A DNA stretch of 64,000 bases from an uncultured Desulfosarcina sp. Its GTDB lineage: Bacteria > Desulfobacterota > Desulfobacteria > Desulfobacterales > Desulfosarcinaceae. The notes beneath the pieces are model-generated. The model saw only the letters and a program-made list of their open reading frames with translations, was not told the origin of the DNA and ran no database searches. Location: NCBI GenBank assembly GCA_963674945.2, contig CAXXWQ010000004.1:1088001-1152000 (forward strand). Direction: 5' to 3'. The translations under genes were made by a program, and so were the position numbers. Shown here in pieces: positions 1 to 9,954 of this stretch. The first letter of the stretch is position 1, and each line of letters opens with the position of its first letter.

Positions 1-1068
1 GGCGATATAGGCGTCGTCGTTGCATTCCAAAGCCGAGTAGTAGGTGCAGTTCACCTGATAGATGTCCAGATTCTGGTATTCCGAACCGGAGAATATTTTT
101 CGCGTGTTGGCCCCTTTTTCGTCCAATCCGTCAAGGGTTTTTTGGAGTTCTTCGGGGGAGAACAGATCCTGAACATCCACGACGCCGATACCATCATGGG
201 TGTCCAGGGTGGTGATCTGTTTGCGAGGGCAAATGGCCAACCACTGTTTTATCAGCCGACTGGTGTGGTGGTACAAGGTATGTAGCACCAGCATGGGCAG
301 GGAAAAATCATAGGTCCAGTAACCGTGGGCCGATATTTTTTGATGGTAGCGAAAGTGTTCGTGCACCTCGGGCAGAATTTCGATGCCGAATGGAGAGACG
401 TAGTCCTGAAGCCAACCGAGGAGTTCCCACACCTGGGGTTCCAGGAAAAAACAGTTGGTTCCGAGCTTGATCGTGCAATAGGCAAAGGCGTCCATCCGGA
501 TCATCTTTGCCCGGGTCCGGGACAGCTGGATCAGGTATCGACGCATCACCTCTCGGGTTTTCGGCGAGTCCCAGTCCAGATCGATCTGTTCGTAATCGAA
601 GGTACACCACACTTTCTCCCTGGATCCGTCTGCACGGTGGATGACGGTGTACGGTGGTCGGGGTTTGCGCGTGTATACCTTGGCCAGGTCCTCCTCGCTG
701 ATCTCCCCGGTCGGACTGAGTTTATTAAAACTCAAGAACATATCGGCATACTCGGAATCCGGTCCCTTCTCGAAATAGTCCTGGAAATAGACCGATTGTC
801 GGGATATATGGTTGACCATGAAATCGATGATCAGATCGAACTCGTTTCCGATCAGATCGATATCCCGCCAGGTTCCAAATGCCGGATCCACCTCATCGTA
901 GGTCAGCGGTGCGAATCCACGGTCTGCGGAGGAAGGGAAAAACGGCAACAGGTGAACGCCGCCGATGGCGCGACGCAGATAGCGGCGCAGCACGTAGTGC
1001 AGTTCCACGAGGTCGGTACCCATGCTATCCGGGTAGACGATGAGCTGAACGTTGTTTTTCAAGGACAT
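1..1068 (-). CDS. gtfA: Sucrose phosphorylase (GH13_18), truncated at the left window edge
   Basis: Not in the ORF track; translated by hand from the ATG at 1068: MSLKNNVQLIVYPDSMG...GGVHLLPFFPSSADRGFAPL...ITTLDTHDGIGVVDV...YQNLDIYQVNCTYYSAL, which are GH13_18 sucrose phosphorylase motifs. Confidence 0.9.
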   Translation of the reverse strand, partial: MSLKNNVQLIVYPDSMGTDLVELHYVLRRYLRRAIGGVHLLPFFPSSADRGFAPLTYDEVDPAFGTWRDIDLIGNEFDLIIDFMVNHISRQSVYFQDYFEKGPDSEYADMFLSFNKLSPTGEISEEDLAKVYTRKPRPPYTVIHRADGSREKVWCTFDYEQIDLDWDSPKTREVMRRYLIQLSRTRAKMIRMDAFAYCTIKLGTNCFFLEPQVWELLGWLQDYVSPFGIEILPEVHEHFRYHQKISAHGYWTYDFSLPMLVLHTLYHHTSRLIKQWLAICPRKQITTLDTHDGIGVVDVQDLFSPEELQKTLDGLDEKGANTRKIFSGSEYQNLDIYQVNCTYYSALECNDDAYIA

Positions 1069-1071
1069 GGG

Positions 1072-3267
1072 TCAGTCTCCATTGGCATCTTCGATGAATC
1101 CATAATGTCGCAATCCTTCAATGATGCCGCCTGCACAAGGCGCACTGGCGAAATAGACATTGCGACTTCCTTTGAGCATTTCCAGTTCACGACTGTAATT
1201 GGCCACCACCACGGCCCGCGGCTCCCCGCGAAGCATCTCCTCATCGTTTCCCGAATCGCCGCAAACCATGAAGTTTCCCAGCGGAATCTCCCACTTGTAG
1301 CTTAAGTATCGGATGGCCTTTCCTTTGGAGGCCCGAAACGGCAGGATGTCCAGGTAGCGATCGTGGGAGTAGATGAGATTGTATCGACACTTGTGCTTCA
1401 ACAGCCGGTCATGGATGGTGGCGAGGCGGTCTTTTCCAGGATCCATATAATAGCTCACCTTATACTTTCGCTGGACCTCCTCTTCCTGGTATTCGATGAA
1501 ATCGATATCGGCCAGAAGGTCGACGATCTTTTGGCGATTCCATCGGTTGGCAATGTGGCTGGCCCATCCGGGACTGGGTTTTTTGCTATCTGCGTAAAAA
1601 AGGGCGCTGCCCACCGAGCAGATGAAAATATCCGGTTGCGGGATTTTGTATTTTTTCAATATCTTGCGAGCCGAATCGCCGGTTCTTCCCGTGGCCACGC
1701 CGAATCCCAACGCTCCCTTGTATCGGTCTATGATCGCCACCAATTGGTCCAGCTTCGAATTGTCTTCGCCGATGAAGGTATTGTCAATGTCGGTGATGAG
1801 GAAACGGTTGAGCTTCATCAAACGACGGCCAATCGCATCCGAGGCTTTCGGTTTCGTCAGTATGGATTGCTGGGCGGAAGTGGTCAAATTCCCGACGGCG
1901 GAAACATAATCCTGGGCGTGGCTTTTCCATGTATAGTATTTGCGGACGTTCATAATGCCGTTTTTCGAATATTTTTCCCACAACTTTTTGTCGGCGATGA
2001 TTTTTCTTACGGCATTGGAGATCTGGCGTGTCTTTGCGACGTCCACCAGGATTCCGTTCTTGCAATTGCGGATGATGTCGTTGGGTCCGCCGTCATTGGT
2101 GGCCACGATAGGCAGCCCCGTGGCCGATGCCTCCAGCAGCGTCAGTCCGAAAGGCTCTGTCAGGGCCGGGTTGATAAACACCCCCCTTCGTTCCGCTGCG
2201 ATGCGGTAGAGTGCCGGCACCTCGTATTGGAAATCGTGTTTCTTGGGAATGGCCATCTTCCCGTACAGATCGTATCGGTCCATGGCCAGCAGCATCTCCG
2301 TGAGAACCTCCCGCTCGTTGTCCGCCATGGCATCGATATCCTTTCGCAAGCCGGCGAACACGGCCAGGTTGGCCATGGACTGCAATTCGAGATCCTCGCC
2401 ATAGGCCTGCACCAGACCGGAGATGTTTTTCCGTTTGTCCGGCCGGCTCAACGCCAGGATCAGGGGTTTTTCTGGTGTGGTAAAGAAACGGTTCAACTCC
2501 TCGAGCATGGAGGCCTGGGCATATCGTGCGTTCTCCAACGACTGGGCGTCGTCGATGAAGTTGTTATGGTAATAAGGATGAAAGGTATCGATGTCGATGC
2601 CCGGAGGGATGACCCGATACTTGGGCACCTCTTTGTTTCGATAGAGACCGTATTGCTCCTTGATCTCATGCCGTGTGCTGGCCACCACCAGGTCTGCCCT
2701 TGCCAGGATCTGCTCTTCCACCTCGATCCGGTGATCGATTTTGATCTGTTTGATGATTTCCGCCTCGGTCATGCCCTGTTCCAGCAACCGCGCCAGTTTG
2801 GCACGCCCCAGGGAGTGGCCGGTGTAGACAAAGGGCAATGCCATGATATCGGCAAGTTGCAAGGCCACATACCCGGCGTCGGGGTAATGGCCGTGAATGA
2901 CATCCGGGATGGCGTTGTTGCGCTTGATGAATTTTATGGTTTTGTCCACATACTCTTCCAGGTGGGGCCACAGTTGCTCTTTGCGCAAGTATTTTCTGCC
3001 CCCGCACTGGATGCGAACGATACGAAATTTGTCGTTGATCGCCTCGATGGTCTTTCCGTAATCCGAAGAGACGCGTTTGTCGACAACGAGTCGGGTAAAC
3101 AGATCCACCCGATCGATCTCCTCACGGGCGGAAAGTTCGGTTCCCAGTTCGATCACGTACTTGACCTGACCGCCCGTATCCGCATCCCTACCCATCTCCA
3201 GGTTTTTCGATCGGATGAGACCGTGCAGGCTGTAAAGCTGAACGTAGAGGCCTTTTTTTTCGGCCAT
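1072..3267 (-). CDS. sps: Bifunctional sucrose-phosphate synthase (GT4) / sucrose-phosphate phosphatase (HAD-IIB)
   Basis: SLHGLIR..NLEMGRDADTGGQVKYV, HGHYPDAG, ALSRPDKRKNI and NPALTEPFGLTLLEA; C-terminal HAD domain ITDIDNTF...GDSGND. Start set at MAEKKG after a GGAG RBS. Confidence 0.9.
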   Translation of the reverse strand: MAEKKGLYVQLYSLHGLIRSKNLEMGRDADTGGQVKYVIELGTELSAREEIDRVDLFTRLVVDKRVSSDYGKTIEAINDKFRIVRIQCGGRKYLRKEQLWPHLEEYVDKTIKFIKRNNAIPDVIHGHYPDAGYVALQLADIMALPFVYTGHSLGRAKLARLLEQGMTEAEIIKQIKIDHRIEVEEQILARADLVVASTRHEIKEQYGLYRNKEVPKYRVIPPGIDIDTFHPYYHNNFIDDAQSLENARYAQASMLEELNRFFTTPEKPLILALSRPDKRKNISGLVQAYGEDLELQSMANLAVFAGLRKDIDAMADNEREVLTEMLLAMDRYDLYGKMAIPKKHDFQYEVPALYRIAAERRGVFINPALTEPFGLTLLEASATGLPIVATNDGGPNDIIRNCKNGILVDVAKTRQISNAVRKIIADKKLWEKYSKNGIMNVRKYYTWKSHAQDYVSAVGNLTTSAQQSILTKPKASDAIGRRLMKLNRFLITDIDNTFIGEDNSKLDQLVAIIDRYKGALGFGVATGRTGDSARKILKKYKIPQPDIFICSVGSALFYADSKKPSPGWASHIANRWNRQKIVDLLADIDFIEYQEEEVQRKYKVSYYMDPGKDRLATIHDRLLKHKCRYNLIYSHDRYLDILPFRASKGKAIRYLSYKWEIPLGNFMVCGDSGNDEEMLRGEPRAVVVANYSRELEMLKGSRNVYFASAPCAGGIIEGLRHYGFIEDANGD

Positions 3268-3286
3268 TTTCTTCTCCTTCGCTGGT

Positions 3287-4186
3287 CTACTGCTTCGAAA
3301 AGCGATAAAATGCTTGAAAATCGTCATAGAACGACGGGTCGTCGGGAACGGCACCGGGAATCGAACATATCCGTGCTGCGAAACGGGAAGCATGATCGAT
3401 GATCTTCGCCCAATCCATCCCATTTATATATCCAGCCGCCAGGAGCGAAGCAAATCCGTCACCGGCACCCACCGTATCAACGATGACGGGTTGGGATACG
3501 GCCGGACAATCGATGGGGAAGTCGGCGCCGTAAAAGCGGCTGCCCCGGCTGCCCCTTGTCAGGGCCACGGCCTGAATGGAAAAGCGATCCATGAGCCATG
3601 CCACGGTGGCGTCGACATGGGGCGGGCCATCGAAGGCCTGTCCGATGTCGGCCAACTCCTCTTCATTGAGTTTCAGCAAGTCCACGGATTCAAGCGATTC
3701 GGCAATCGCCCGGAGATTGACGTGGGGCGGCCGCATATTGATGTCGCAAAAACGGGGAATGCCGTCATCACAGCGCTGCAAGAACGCTTGAACCCGGGTG
3801 CGACCTGATTCGGTTCGTTGGACGAGCGTCCCGAAGTAGATCAAACGAGCACCGTCGGGGCCGGAGGGAATTTTCTCATCCAAATCCAGATTGTCGTAGG
3901 CCACGTTCTCACGAATATGAAATCGGGGTACCCCATTTTCATCCAGCACCACTTTCACCGTTCCGGTGGGTCGGGACGCATCCACCTGCACATCCGAGCC
4001 CCCGAGGCCATGGGCCGTAAGTTTCTCGATGATACGGCGGCCGTTTCGGTCATCGCCGACACGGGTGATGAATCGCACGGGAAAGCCCAGTTGTTTCAGA
4101 TGAAAGGCAAAGTTGAACGGTGCCCCGCCAATGCGCTCATACGTGGGAAAAATGTCCACGAGGATTTCACCGATGACGACGATCAC
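3287..4186 (-). CDS. PfkB-family carbohydrate kinase (fructokinase)
   Basis: IGEILVDIF..IGGAPFNFA, DINMRPP, KLNEEE, DTVGAGDGF; GTG start at 4186 with AAGGAGG RBS. Confidence 0.9.
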   Translation of the reverse strand: MIVVIGEILVDIFPTYERIGGAPFNFAFHLKQLGFPVRFITRVGDDRNGRRIIEKLTAHGLGGSDVQVDASRPTGTVKVVLDENGVPRFHIRENVAYDNLDLDEKIPSGPDGARLIYFGTLVQRTESGRTRVQAFLQRCDDGIPRFCDINMRPPHVNLRAIAESLESVDLLKLNEEELADIGQAFDGPPHVDATVAWLMDRFSIQAVALTRGSRGSRFYGADFPIDCPAVSQPVIVDTVGAGDGFASLLAAGYINGMDWAKIIDHASRFAARICSIPGAVPDDPSFYDDFQAFYRFSKQ

Positions 4187-4370
4187 GAAAAACCTCCTTT
4201 GATATTGCCCCGATACAGACGGAAAATGAACGATGGGAGCTATTCGTGATTGCTGTGAAAGAGAACACAATCTCGATAGCCAGTCTGTCGTTCGGTCGAA
4301 GTCGGTGAGAAAAAATGGATGACCCGCGAGGATCGAGCCGCTGTTTCTCCAAAGATTCGAATACAGCGTC

Positions 4371-4703
4371 CTAAAATGCAGACACCAGAAAAGGAGTGCA
4401 CTGGATGGCAACACTTCCTTTTTTTACCCAAATTCTCGCCATGGTCACGGTTTCGCCTTCCAAGTTGACGACGTTGGCCAACTTCTCCACATGGGTGATA
4501 TCCCGTTTGCAAAATTCAAGGTAGGGACTATTCTCGTTATAGGGATCCGGAATCAAGAGAATCTGGTCCGCATCCATGGGATGCTTTCGCGGACTGCCGG
4601 TATAGGGAACATGGGTTTTGGAAAGGGACTGGATATCTTTCGGGACTTGATACTTTTCGATCTCGAATTTTTCCGCCTTTTGAATGGATGTGATCACGGC
4701 CAT
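4371..4703 (-). CDS. Conserved hypothetical protein (110 aa)
   Basis: ORF with GGAGGA RBS, co-oriented between acylphosphatase and fructokinase; GSPRKHP and RIWVKKGS motifs. Confidence 0.75.
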   Translation of the reverse strand: MAVITSIQKAEKFEIEKYQVPKDIQSLSKTHVPYTGSPRKHPMDADQILLIPDPYNENSPYLEFCKRDITHVEKLANVVNLEGETVTMARIWVKKGSVAIQCTPFLVSAF

Positions 4704-4729
4704 CTTTTCCTCCGAAACATCTCATTCTG

Positions 4730-5011
4730 TCAATACCGGACTTCGAATCGCTCGAATTCGCCCAAGTGTTTCTCCCAGGTGATCTTCACATGGTCGACAC
4801 GGGCATTGGGCGGACCGGCATGGCACCATTGAATCAGAGATTGGACATCGGTTCCGGTGCCTTCCGCGACCGCTTCCACACTCCCGTCGTACTGGTTTCG
4901 AACCCATCCGGTGACACCGAATCGCAGGGCCGCCCGCTGGGTCTCAACCCTGAAAAAAACGCCTTGTACACGACCGGTAATGATCAGATGTGCCCGTGCG
5001 TTTTCTTCCAT
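4730..5011 (-). CDS. acyP: Acylphosphatase
   Basis: GRVQGVFFR and GWVRN signature. Confidence 0.95.
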   Translation of the reverse strand: MEENARAHLIITGRVQGVFFRVETQRAALRFGVTGWVRNQYDGSVEAVAEGTGTDVQSLIQWCHAGPPNARVDHVKITWEKHLGEFERFEVRY

Positions 5012-5210
5012 TATCTGTTCTCCCGTCAGCGGGAACGCGCCCTCTTCTTTATAACACCCTGCTATTGTTCTAATAAATAAACGTATTCAATGGAAGGTCT
5101 CGTGTCAAGCCGAAAAAGGATCGGCAGCAGGGTGCCCGCATCTGGATCTCACCGGTCTGCGCATCATGCCGATGCGCCATTCGCCAGTAGGTTCGAAGCA
5201 GTGCGACGGT

Positions 5211-5239
5211 TTGACAATCAATCATTGTGATCCTACTGT
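5211..5239 (+). promoter_or_regulatory. Putative sigma70 promoter of iorAB
   Basis: TTGACA-N17-TACTGT. Confidence 0.5.
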
Positions 5240-5378
5240 GATAAATAATACGAATCCGTTCAGGCAACGACGTTTCAAGAGATCATCAAGATTGGGATCA
5301 GTGAAATTTTACCCGGTTGGAATGGAGAACGAATAAGAAACCGTCGACGAATGCCGTCGTCGACATGGGAGAGATACC

Positions 5379-7271
5379 ATGAAAAAGATGGGAGATATGC
5401 TGCTCGGACGCGACGGCTTTTCGGAAATCGTCATGGGGAACACATCAATCGTCCGCGCCATGGTGGAGGCCGGAACACGTGTGATCAGTTCCTATCCCGG
5501 ATCTCCCACGCCCGAGATCGCGTCGGCCATCTTGTCCATCCCCAAGTCGAAGCGGCCCTTTTATTTCGAATTTTCCACAAACGAAAAGGTCGCCACGGAA
5601 CTTGCCTATGGAGCCGCGGTAAACGGCCACCTCTCAACCGTTTTCTTCAAGAGTGTGGGACTCAATGTGGCGGCCGATACCTTCGTTCAACTGAGTCTGA
5701 TGAACATCATCGGCGGGATGGTGGTGGTGCTGGGCGACGATCCCGGTGCCAACTCCTCCCAGAATGAGCAGGACAATCGCCACTATGCCCTGATGAGTTA
5801 CACGCCCATGCTGGAACCCGCCGATCCGGATGAAGTCTATCGATACTATCTTGCCGCCGCCAGACTCTCCAGAGAGAACCAGATGCCGGTTATCCTTCGG
5901 CTGACCACCCACGTGTGCCATGCCAAACAAAAAGTGGCATTCGGCCCCTGGACCCCGCCCGTTCCAGACGATACGCCGCGGTTCGACCCGGCCAACGGCC
6001 CCTATATTCCCATCACCACGCTGGCCATCGACCAGAAGCGAAAGGCGCTCTCCCGTCTTTCCCATGTCCGTCAGATCGCCGAGGAGACCGATCTTACATC
6101 ATGGCTGGACAACAACAACGAAAAGCGTGGCGTCATCACCATGGGACTGCCCTACCTCTCATTACGGGAAACCCTGGTGGATGCGAAAAGTCCTCCGGAT
6201 ATATTGAAACTGGCTTTTGTCCATCCATTGCCCAGAAAAACCATACTGGATTTTTTATCCGGACACGACGAGGTAAAAATTCTCGAAGAGCTGGATGAGG
6301 TGGTCGAACACCAGATCAAAGCCATGGCCTTCGACGCGCAACTGTCTGTGAAAATCATCGGAAAAACCGACATGGCCGAAAAAATCGGCGAGTACACGCC
6401 GGACAAAGTGCTCGATATTCTTTCGGATCTTTGGCCGGACATGGTACCATTGGATCCGAAGTCCGTCGACGGCGATCCGGTGCCCCACAGGCCGGCCCAG
6501 ATGTGCCCGGGATGTGGACACCGCAGCGCCTTTCACGCCATCAAAAAGGCGCTTTCGGCAACGGATATCACCGTTGCGGACATCGGTTGCCACACCCTGG
6601 GCTTTCTCCCCCCTTACGAGATGGGGCAACTTCTCATGTGCATGGGGGCATCGACGGCCATGGGCAGCGGCTTACGTCTATTCAACACCAGTCGAAAGGT
6701 CGTGGCCTTTTTGGGGGACTCGACCTTCTTTCACGCCGCCCTTCCGGGAATCGTCAACGCCATTTTCAACCAACACCCCATTACCCTGATCCTCATGGAA
6801 AACGGCACAACCGCCATGACCGGCCATCAGGATCATGCGGCCAGCGGGAGAAACGTCAACGATATCACGGAAAAAATCCCCGTTCGACAAGTGCTGGAGG
6901 GGCTGGGGGCAAAACACATCTTCGAGGTGGACACCTATCAGCAGGCCAAGCTGACGAAGTTGGTAATCGAGGCTACGGCCATCGACGAATTCAGCGTGGT
7001 CATCGCCCGGCACCCCTGTATGCTCAAATTCACCCGCGCGCAGCGAAAAAAGCCAGGATACCGGCAAAAACACGTGAACATCGACCAGGACGTGTGCGAA
7101 CGGATTCACGATTGCGTCGAATCCTTTGCCTGCCCCACGTTCACCCGGGATATGGACGGAAAGGTCACGATTAATACGGATCTTTGCATCGGCGACGGCA
7201 GCTGCATCCAGACATGCCCCGCCGGCGCCATCGTGCCCGCCGGAAAAAATGGGAAAGGAGACGTGTCATGA
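5379..7271 (+). CDS. iorA: Indolepyruvate:ferredoxin oxidoreductase alpha subunit
   Basis: YPGSPTPEI, STNEKVA, KSVGLNVAAD, CPGCGHR, DIGCHTLG, GDSTFFH and C-terminal ferredoxin Cys motifs. Confidence 0.93.
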   Translation: MKKMGDMLLGRDGFSEIVMGNTSIVRAMVEAGTRVISSYPGSPTPEIASAILSIPKSKRPFYFEFSTNEKVATELAYGAAVNGHLSTVFFKSVGLNVAADTFVQLSLMNIIGGMVVVLGDDPGANSSQNEQDNRHYALMSYTPMLEPADPDEVYRYYLAAARLSRENQMPVILRLTTHVCHAKQKVAFGPWTPPVPDDTPRFDPANGPYIPITTLAIDQKRKALSRLSHVRQIAEETDLTSWLDNNNEKRGVITMGLPYLSLRETLVDAKSPPDILKLAFVHPLPRKTILDFLSGHDEVKILEELDEVVEHQIKAMAFDAQLSVKIIGKTDMAEKIGEYTPDKVLDILSDLWPDMVPLDPKSVDGDPVPHRPAQMCPGCGHRSAFHAIKKALSATDITVADIGCHTLGFLPPYEMGQLLMCMGASTAMGSGLRLFNTSRKVVAFLGDSTFFHAALPGIVNAIFNQHPITLILMENGTTAMTGHQDHAASGRNVNDITEKIPVRQVLEGLGAKHIFEVDTYQQAKLTKLVIEATAIDEFSVVIARHPCMLKFTRAQRKKPGYRQKHVNIDQDVCERIHDCVESFACPTFTRDMDGKVTINTDLCIGDGSCIQTCPAGAIVPAGKNGKGDVS

Positions 7272-7849
7272 AGGCCTTCAACATTTACCTGACCGGTGTG
7301 GGGGGCCAGGGCATCGGCCTGATCAGTGAAATGATCCTTCGGGCCGCCGATCACGCCAAAATTCCAGTAAAAAGCGTGGATACACACGGGCTGGCACAAC
7401 GGGGCGGCATCGTCGTTTCCCAGATCCGGATGGGAGAAGCGGTCCACTCACCGCTGATTCCCAAGGGGAAAGCGAATCTGGTGATTTCATTGGAGCGGCA
7501 CGAGGCGCTTCGTGCCGCGGCAACGGTTTTGCAGGACAAAGGCCAATTGATCTACTACGACACCCTCTGGCAGCCGTTGTCCGTCCGTCTCGACGAATCA
7601 CGTCAGGTCACGATGGAGGAGGTCCAAGGCTACTGCCGAAAACGTGGCATTGCAGTATGGTCCGTTTTCCAGGCAGATCTTCCGGACATTCGCATGCAGA
7701 ACATGGTTCTTTTGGGAGAGGTTCATCGTCTCGATCTGATCCCTTACGTCGAGTTGGATCATTACCGTCTGGCAATGGAAGATCTCATGACCGGAAAAAT
7801 GCTGGAAAAAAATATGTCCATTTTCGAAAATCGCGTTTCGCGTTCTTGA
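7268..7849 (+). CDS. iorB: Indolepyruvate:ferredoxin oxidoreductase beta subunit
   Basis: GVGGQG and HGLAQRGG; ATGA overlap with the iorA stop. Confidence 0.92.
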   Translation: MKAFNIYLTGVGGQGIGLISEMILRAADHAKIPVKSVDTHGLAQRGGIVVSQIRMGEAVHSPLIPKGKANLVISLERHEALRAAATVLQDKGQLIYYDTLWQPLSVRLDESRQVTMEEVQGYCRKRGIAVWSVFQADLPDIRMQNMVLLGEVHRLDLIPYVELDHYRLAMEDLMTGKMLEKNMSIFENRVSRS

Positions 7850-7863
7850 AAGGTACGCAAAAT

Positions 7864-9240
7864 TCATAAATTGGGCCCAAACGCACCCGCCAGAAGCACC
7901 TCCAACGCGGCCTGTGACATCAGCTTTTTTTCCAATACCAGTTCTTTCAAGGACTTTTTACGGACGAGTCCCTCCTTCACCAGTGCCGCCACCTCGTCAT
8001 AGCCCAGTGTTGGGTTGAGAATGGTGGCCAGACCGGCGCTGCGCTCGAAATTGTCCATACACCGTTTTTCATTGGCTTGGATGCCGAGAATGCACTTTTC
8101 ATTCAGCATGCGGCAGGTGCGCGTTAGAATATCAACGGATCGAATCAGGTTGGCGCCGATCAGCGGCATATGGGTATTGAGTTCCAACTGCCCGAGTCCG
8201 CAGGCCATGGCGATTGCCGCATCATATCCGACCACCTGAATACAGGCCATATTGGCCGCTTCGCAAATACTTGGGTTGACCTTGCCCGGCATGATGGAAG
8301 AGCCCGGTTCCACTGCCGGCAGACGAATCTCCCCCAGACCGGTGTTGGGTCCCGAGGCCAAGAGGCGCAGGTCGTTGGCAATCTTTAGCAGATCCAGGGC
8401 CAGCAGCCGGAGTGCCGCCGACATTTGCCCCATATCGGTCATAAATTGGGTGATTTCGATGCCATTTTCCGCCACGCGAAACGTCAGGCCGGTAGTTTGG
8501 TTGAGGGCCGCCACGATAAGGGAACGAAACGTGGGATGGGTATTGATGCCGGTACCCACGGCATTGCCCCCGATCCCGATTTCCATCAGGTTTTCAGCGG
8601 CATCGGCGATCCTTTGTTTCGTCTTCACCATTGCGCGGGCATACCCGGCAAATTCCTGTCCCAGAGTAACGGGTACAGCGTCTTGAAGATGGGTGCGGCC
8701 GCTTTTTGCGACGTCGGCAAATTGGGAGGCTTTTTCCATCAAACCGTCGATCAGCCGGTTTTGGGCTGCCGCCAATCGGCGCACGCCCAGGATGCCGGCC
8801 AAACGGATGGCAGAGGGAAAGACGTTGTTTGTGGACTGCCCCTTGTTCACGTGGTCGTTGGGGTGAACTGTCTGCCGGTCTCCAGGCCTCCCCCCCAATT
8901 CCACTGCCGCAAGGTTGGCGATCACCTCGTTAACATTCATCTGCGTAGAGGTTCCTGATCCGGCCTGAAAAATATCGATGGGAAACTGATCGTCGTGTTT
9001 GCCGGATAGAATCGAACCACAGGCATTCTCGATGGCGGCGGAACGTGCATGATCCAGCAGTCCCAATTTTTCATTTGCCCTGGCGCATGCCGACTTTATC
9101 TGCACGATGGCATACACGATGGAAAGGGGCATCGCTTCTCCGGCGACATCGAAATTTTCAATGGACCGCACCGTATGAATGCCATACCAGACATCATCGG
9201 GAACCTGTCGTTCCCCCATCGTATCTTTTTCGATTCTCAT
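7864..9240 (-). CDS. Aspartate ammonia-lyase / class II fumarate hydratase
   Basis: GSSIMPGKVNP signature, KSGRTHLQDAVP, HPNDHVN; AspA versus FumC not resolved. Confidence 0.9.
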   Translation of the reverse strand: MRIEKDTMGERQVPDDVWYGIHTVRSIENFDVAGEAMPLSIVYAIVQIKSACARANEKLGLLDHARSAAIENACGSILSGKHDDQFPIDIFQAGSGTSTQMNVNEVIANLAAVELGGRPGDRQTVHPNDHVNKGQSTNNVFPSAIRLAGILGVRRLAAAQNRLIDGLMEKASQFADVAKSGRTHLQDAVPVTLGQEFAGYARAMVKTKQRIADAAENLMEIGIGGNAVGTGINTHPTFRSLIVAALNQTTGLTFRVAENGIEITQFMTDMGQMSAALRLLALDLLKIANDLRLLASGPNTGLGEIRLPAVEPGSSIMPGKVNPSICEAANMACIQVVGYDAAIAMACGLGQLELNTHMPLIGANLIRSVDILTRTCRMLNEKCILGIQANEKRCMDNFERSAGLATILNPTLGYDEVAALVKEGLVRKKSLKELVLEKKLMSQAALEVLLAGAFGPNL

Positions 9241-9444
9241 TTGGCACCTGCAGTTATCGTGTTTCGTTGATATTCAAAAAATTAGGGCAAATAATGGAAC
9301 TGTCAAGATCAATGGGAGCAGGCGAATATCAAGGATATAGGTTGCCCCTTACGGCAGGCTGCCGGAAAAGCGTGACTTGACTTTTATCAATTCATCCTCA
9401 CTGTACCCCAATTGCCGTTCATTACAAAATACAAGGAGTATCCA

Positions 9445-9954
9445 ATGGAAACAGTTGAAAATGGTCTGTTTGTAAGTGTCGATTACACCGGGAGTCTGGA
9501 CGACGGTCAAATCTTCGACTCCAGCAAAGGCAGACAACCGTTGGAGGTCCAGATGGGGGAAGGCCACGTGATCCCCGGCTTCGAATCGGCGCTCATGGGT
9601 ATGTCTCTCAACGAGACGAAAACCTTCACGCTCTCTCCTGAAGAGGCGTACGGCCAAAGAAACGAAGACATGATGCACGATTTTCCCAAATCCGAAATCC
9701 CCCCTGGCATGGAACCGTCCGTTGGTCAGACGCTGATGTTGCGTAATCCGGATGGCCAGCAGATACCCGCACGCGTCGACAGCATCGATGATGAGAAGGT
9801 GACCTTCGATCTGAATCACCCGCTTGCCGGCCAGTCGTTGACGTTTACGATCCAGGTCGTGGGTATCAGCGAATCCGCTACCCAAACCAGTGGCGGATGC
9901 GGGTCGAATTGTTCCAGCGGTGGCTGTGATTGTGGCGATTCGGGCTGCTGCTAA
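9445..9954 (+). CDS. slyD: FKBP-type peptidyl-prolyl isomerase, SlyD-like
   Basis: VDYTGSLDDG.IFDSS, IPGFE, PEEAYG, DLNHPLAG; Cys-rich tail; AAGGAG RBS. Confidence 0.9.
   Translation: METVENGLFVSVDYTGSLDDGQIFDSSKGRQPLEVQMGEGHVIPGFESALMGMSLNETKTFTLSPEEAYGQRNEDMMHDFPKSEIPPGMEPSVGQTLMLRNPDGQQIPARVDSIDDEKVTFDLNHPLAGQSLTFTIQVVGISESATQTSGGCGSNCSSGGCDCGDSGCC

Noticed and set aside
325..3402. Long + strand ORFs 325-1305 (326 aa) and 1363-3402 (679 aa)
   Set aside because: Antisense shadows of sucrose phosphorylase and SPS; no recognisable motifs, and common in GC-rich coding DNA.
5379..7849. Selenocysteine or frameshift recoding in the redox genes
   Set aside because: iorA and iorB are full length with ordinary stops; no in-frame TGA interrupts a domain.
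9241..9258. TTGGCAC as a sigma54 promoter for slyD
   Set aside because: No GC at the -12 position (GG-N10-TA).
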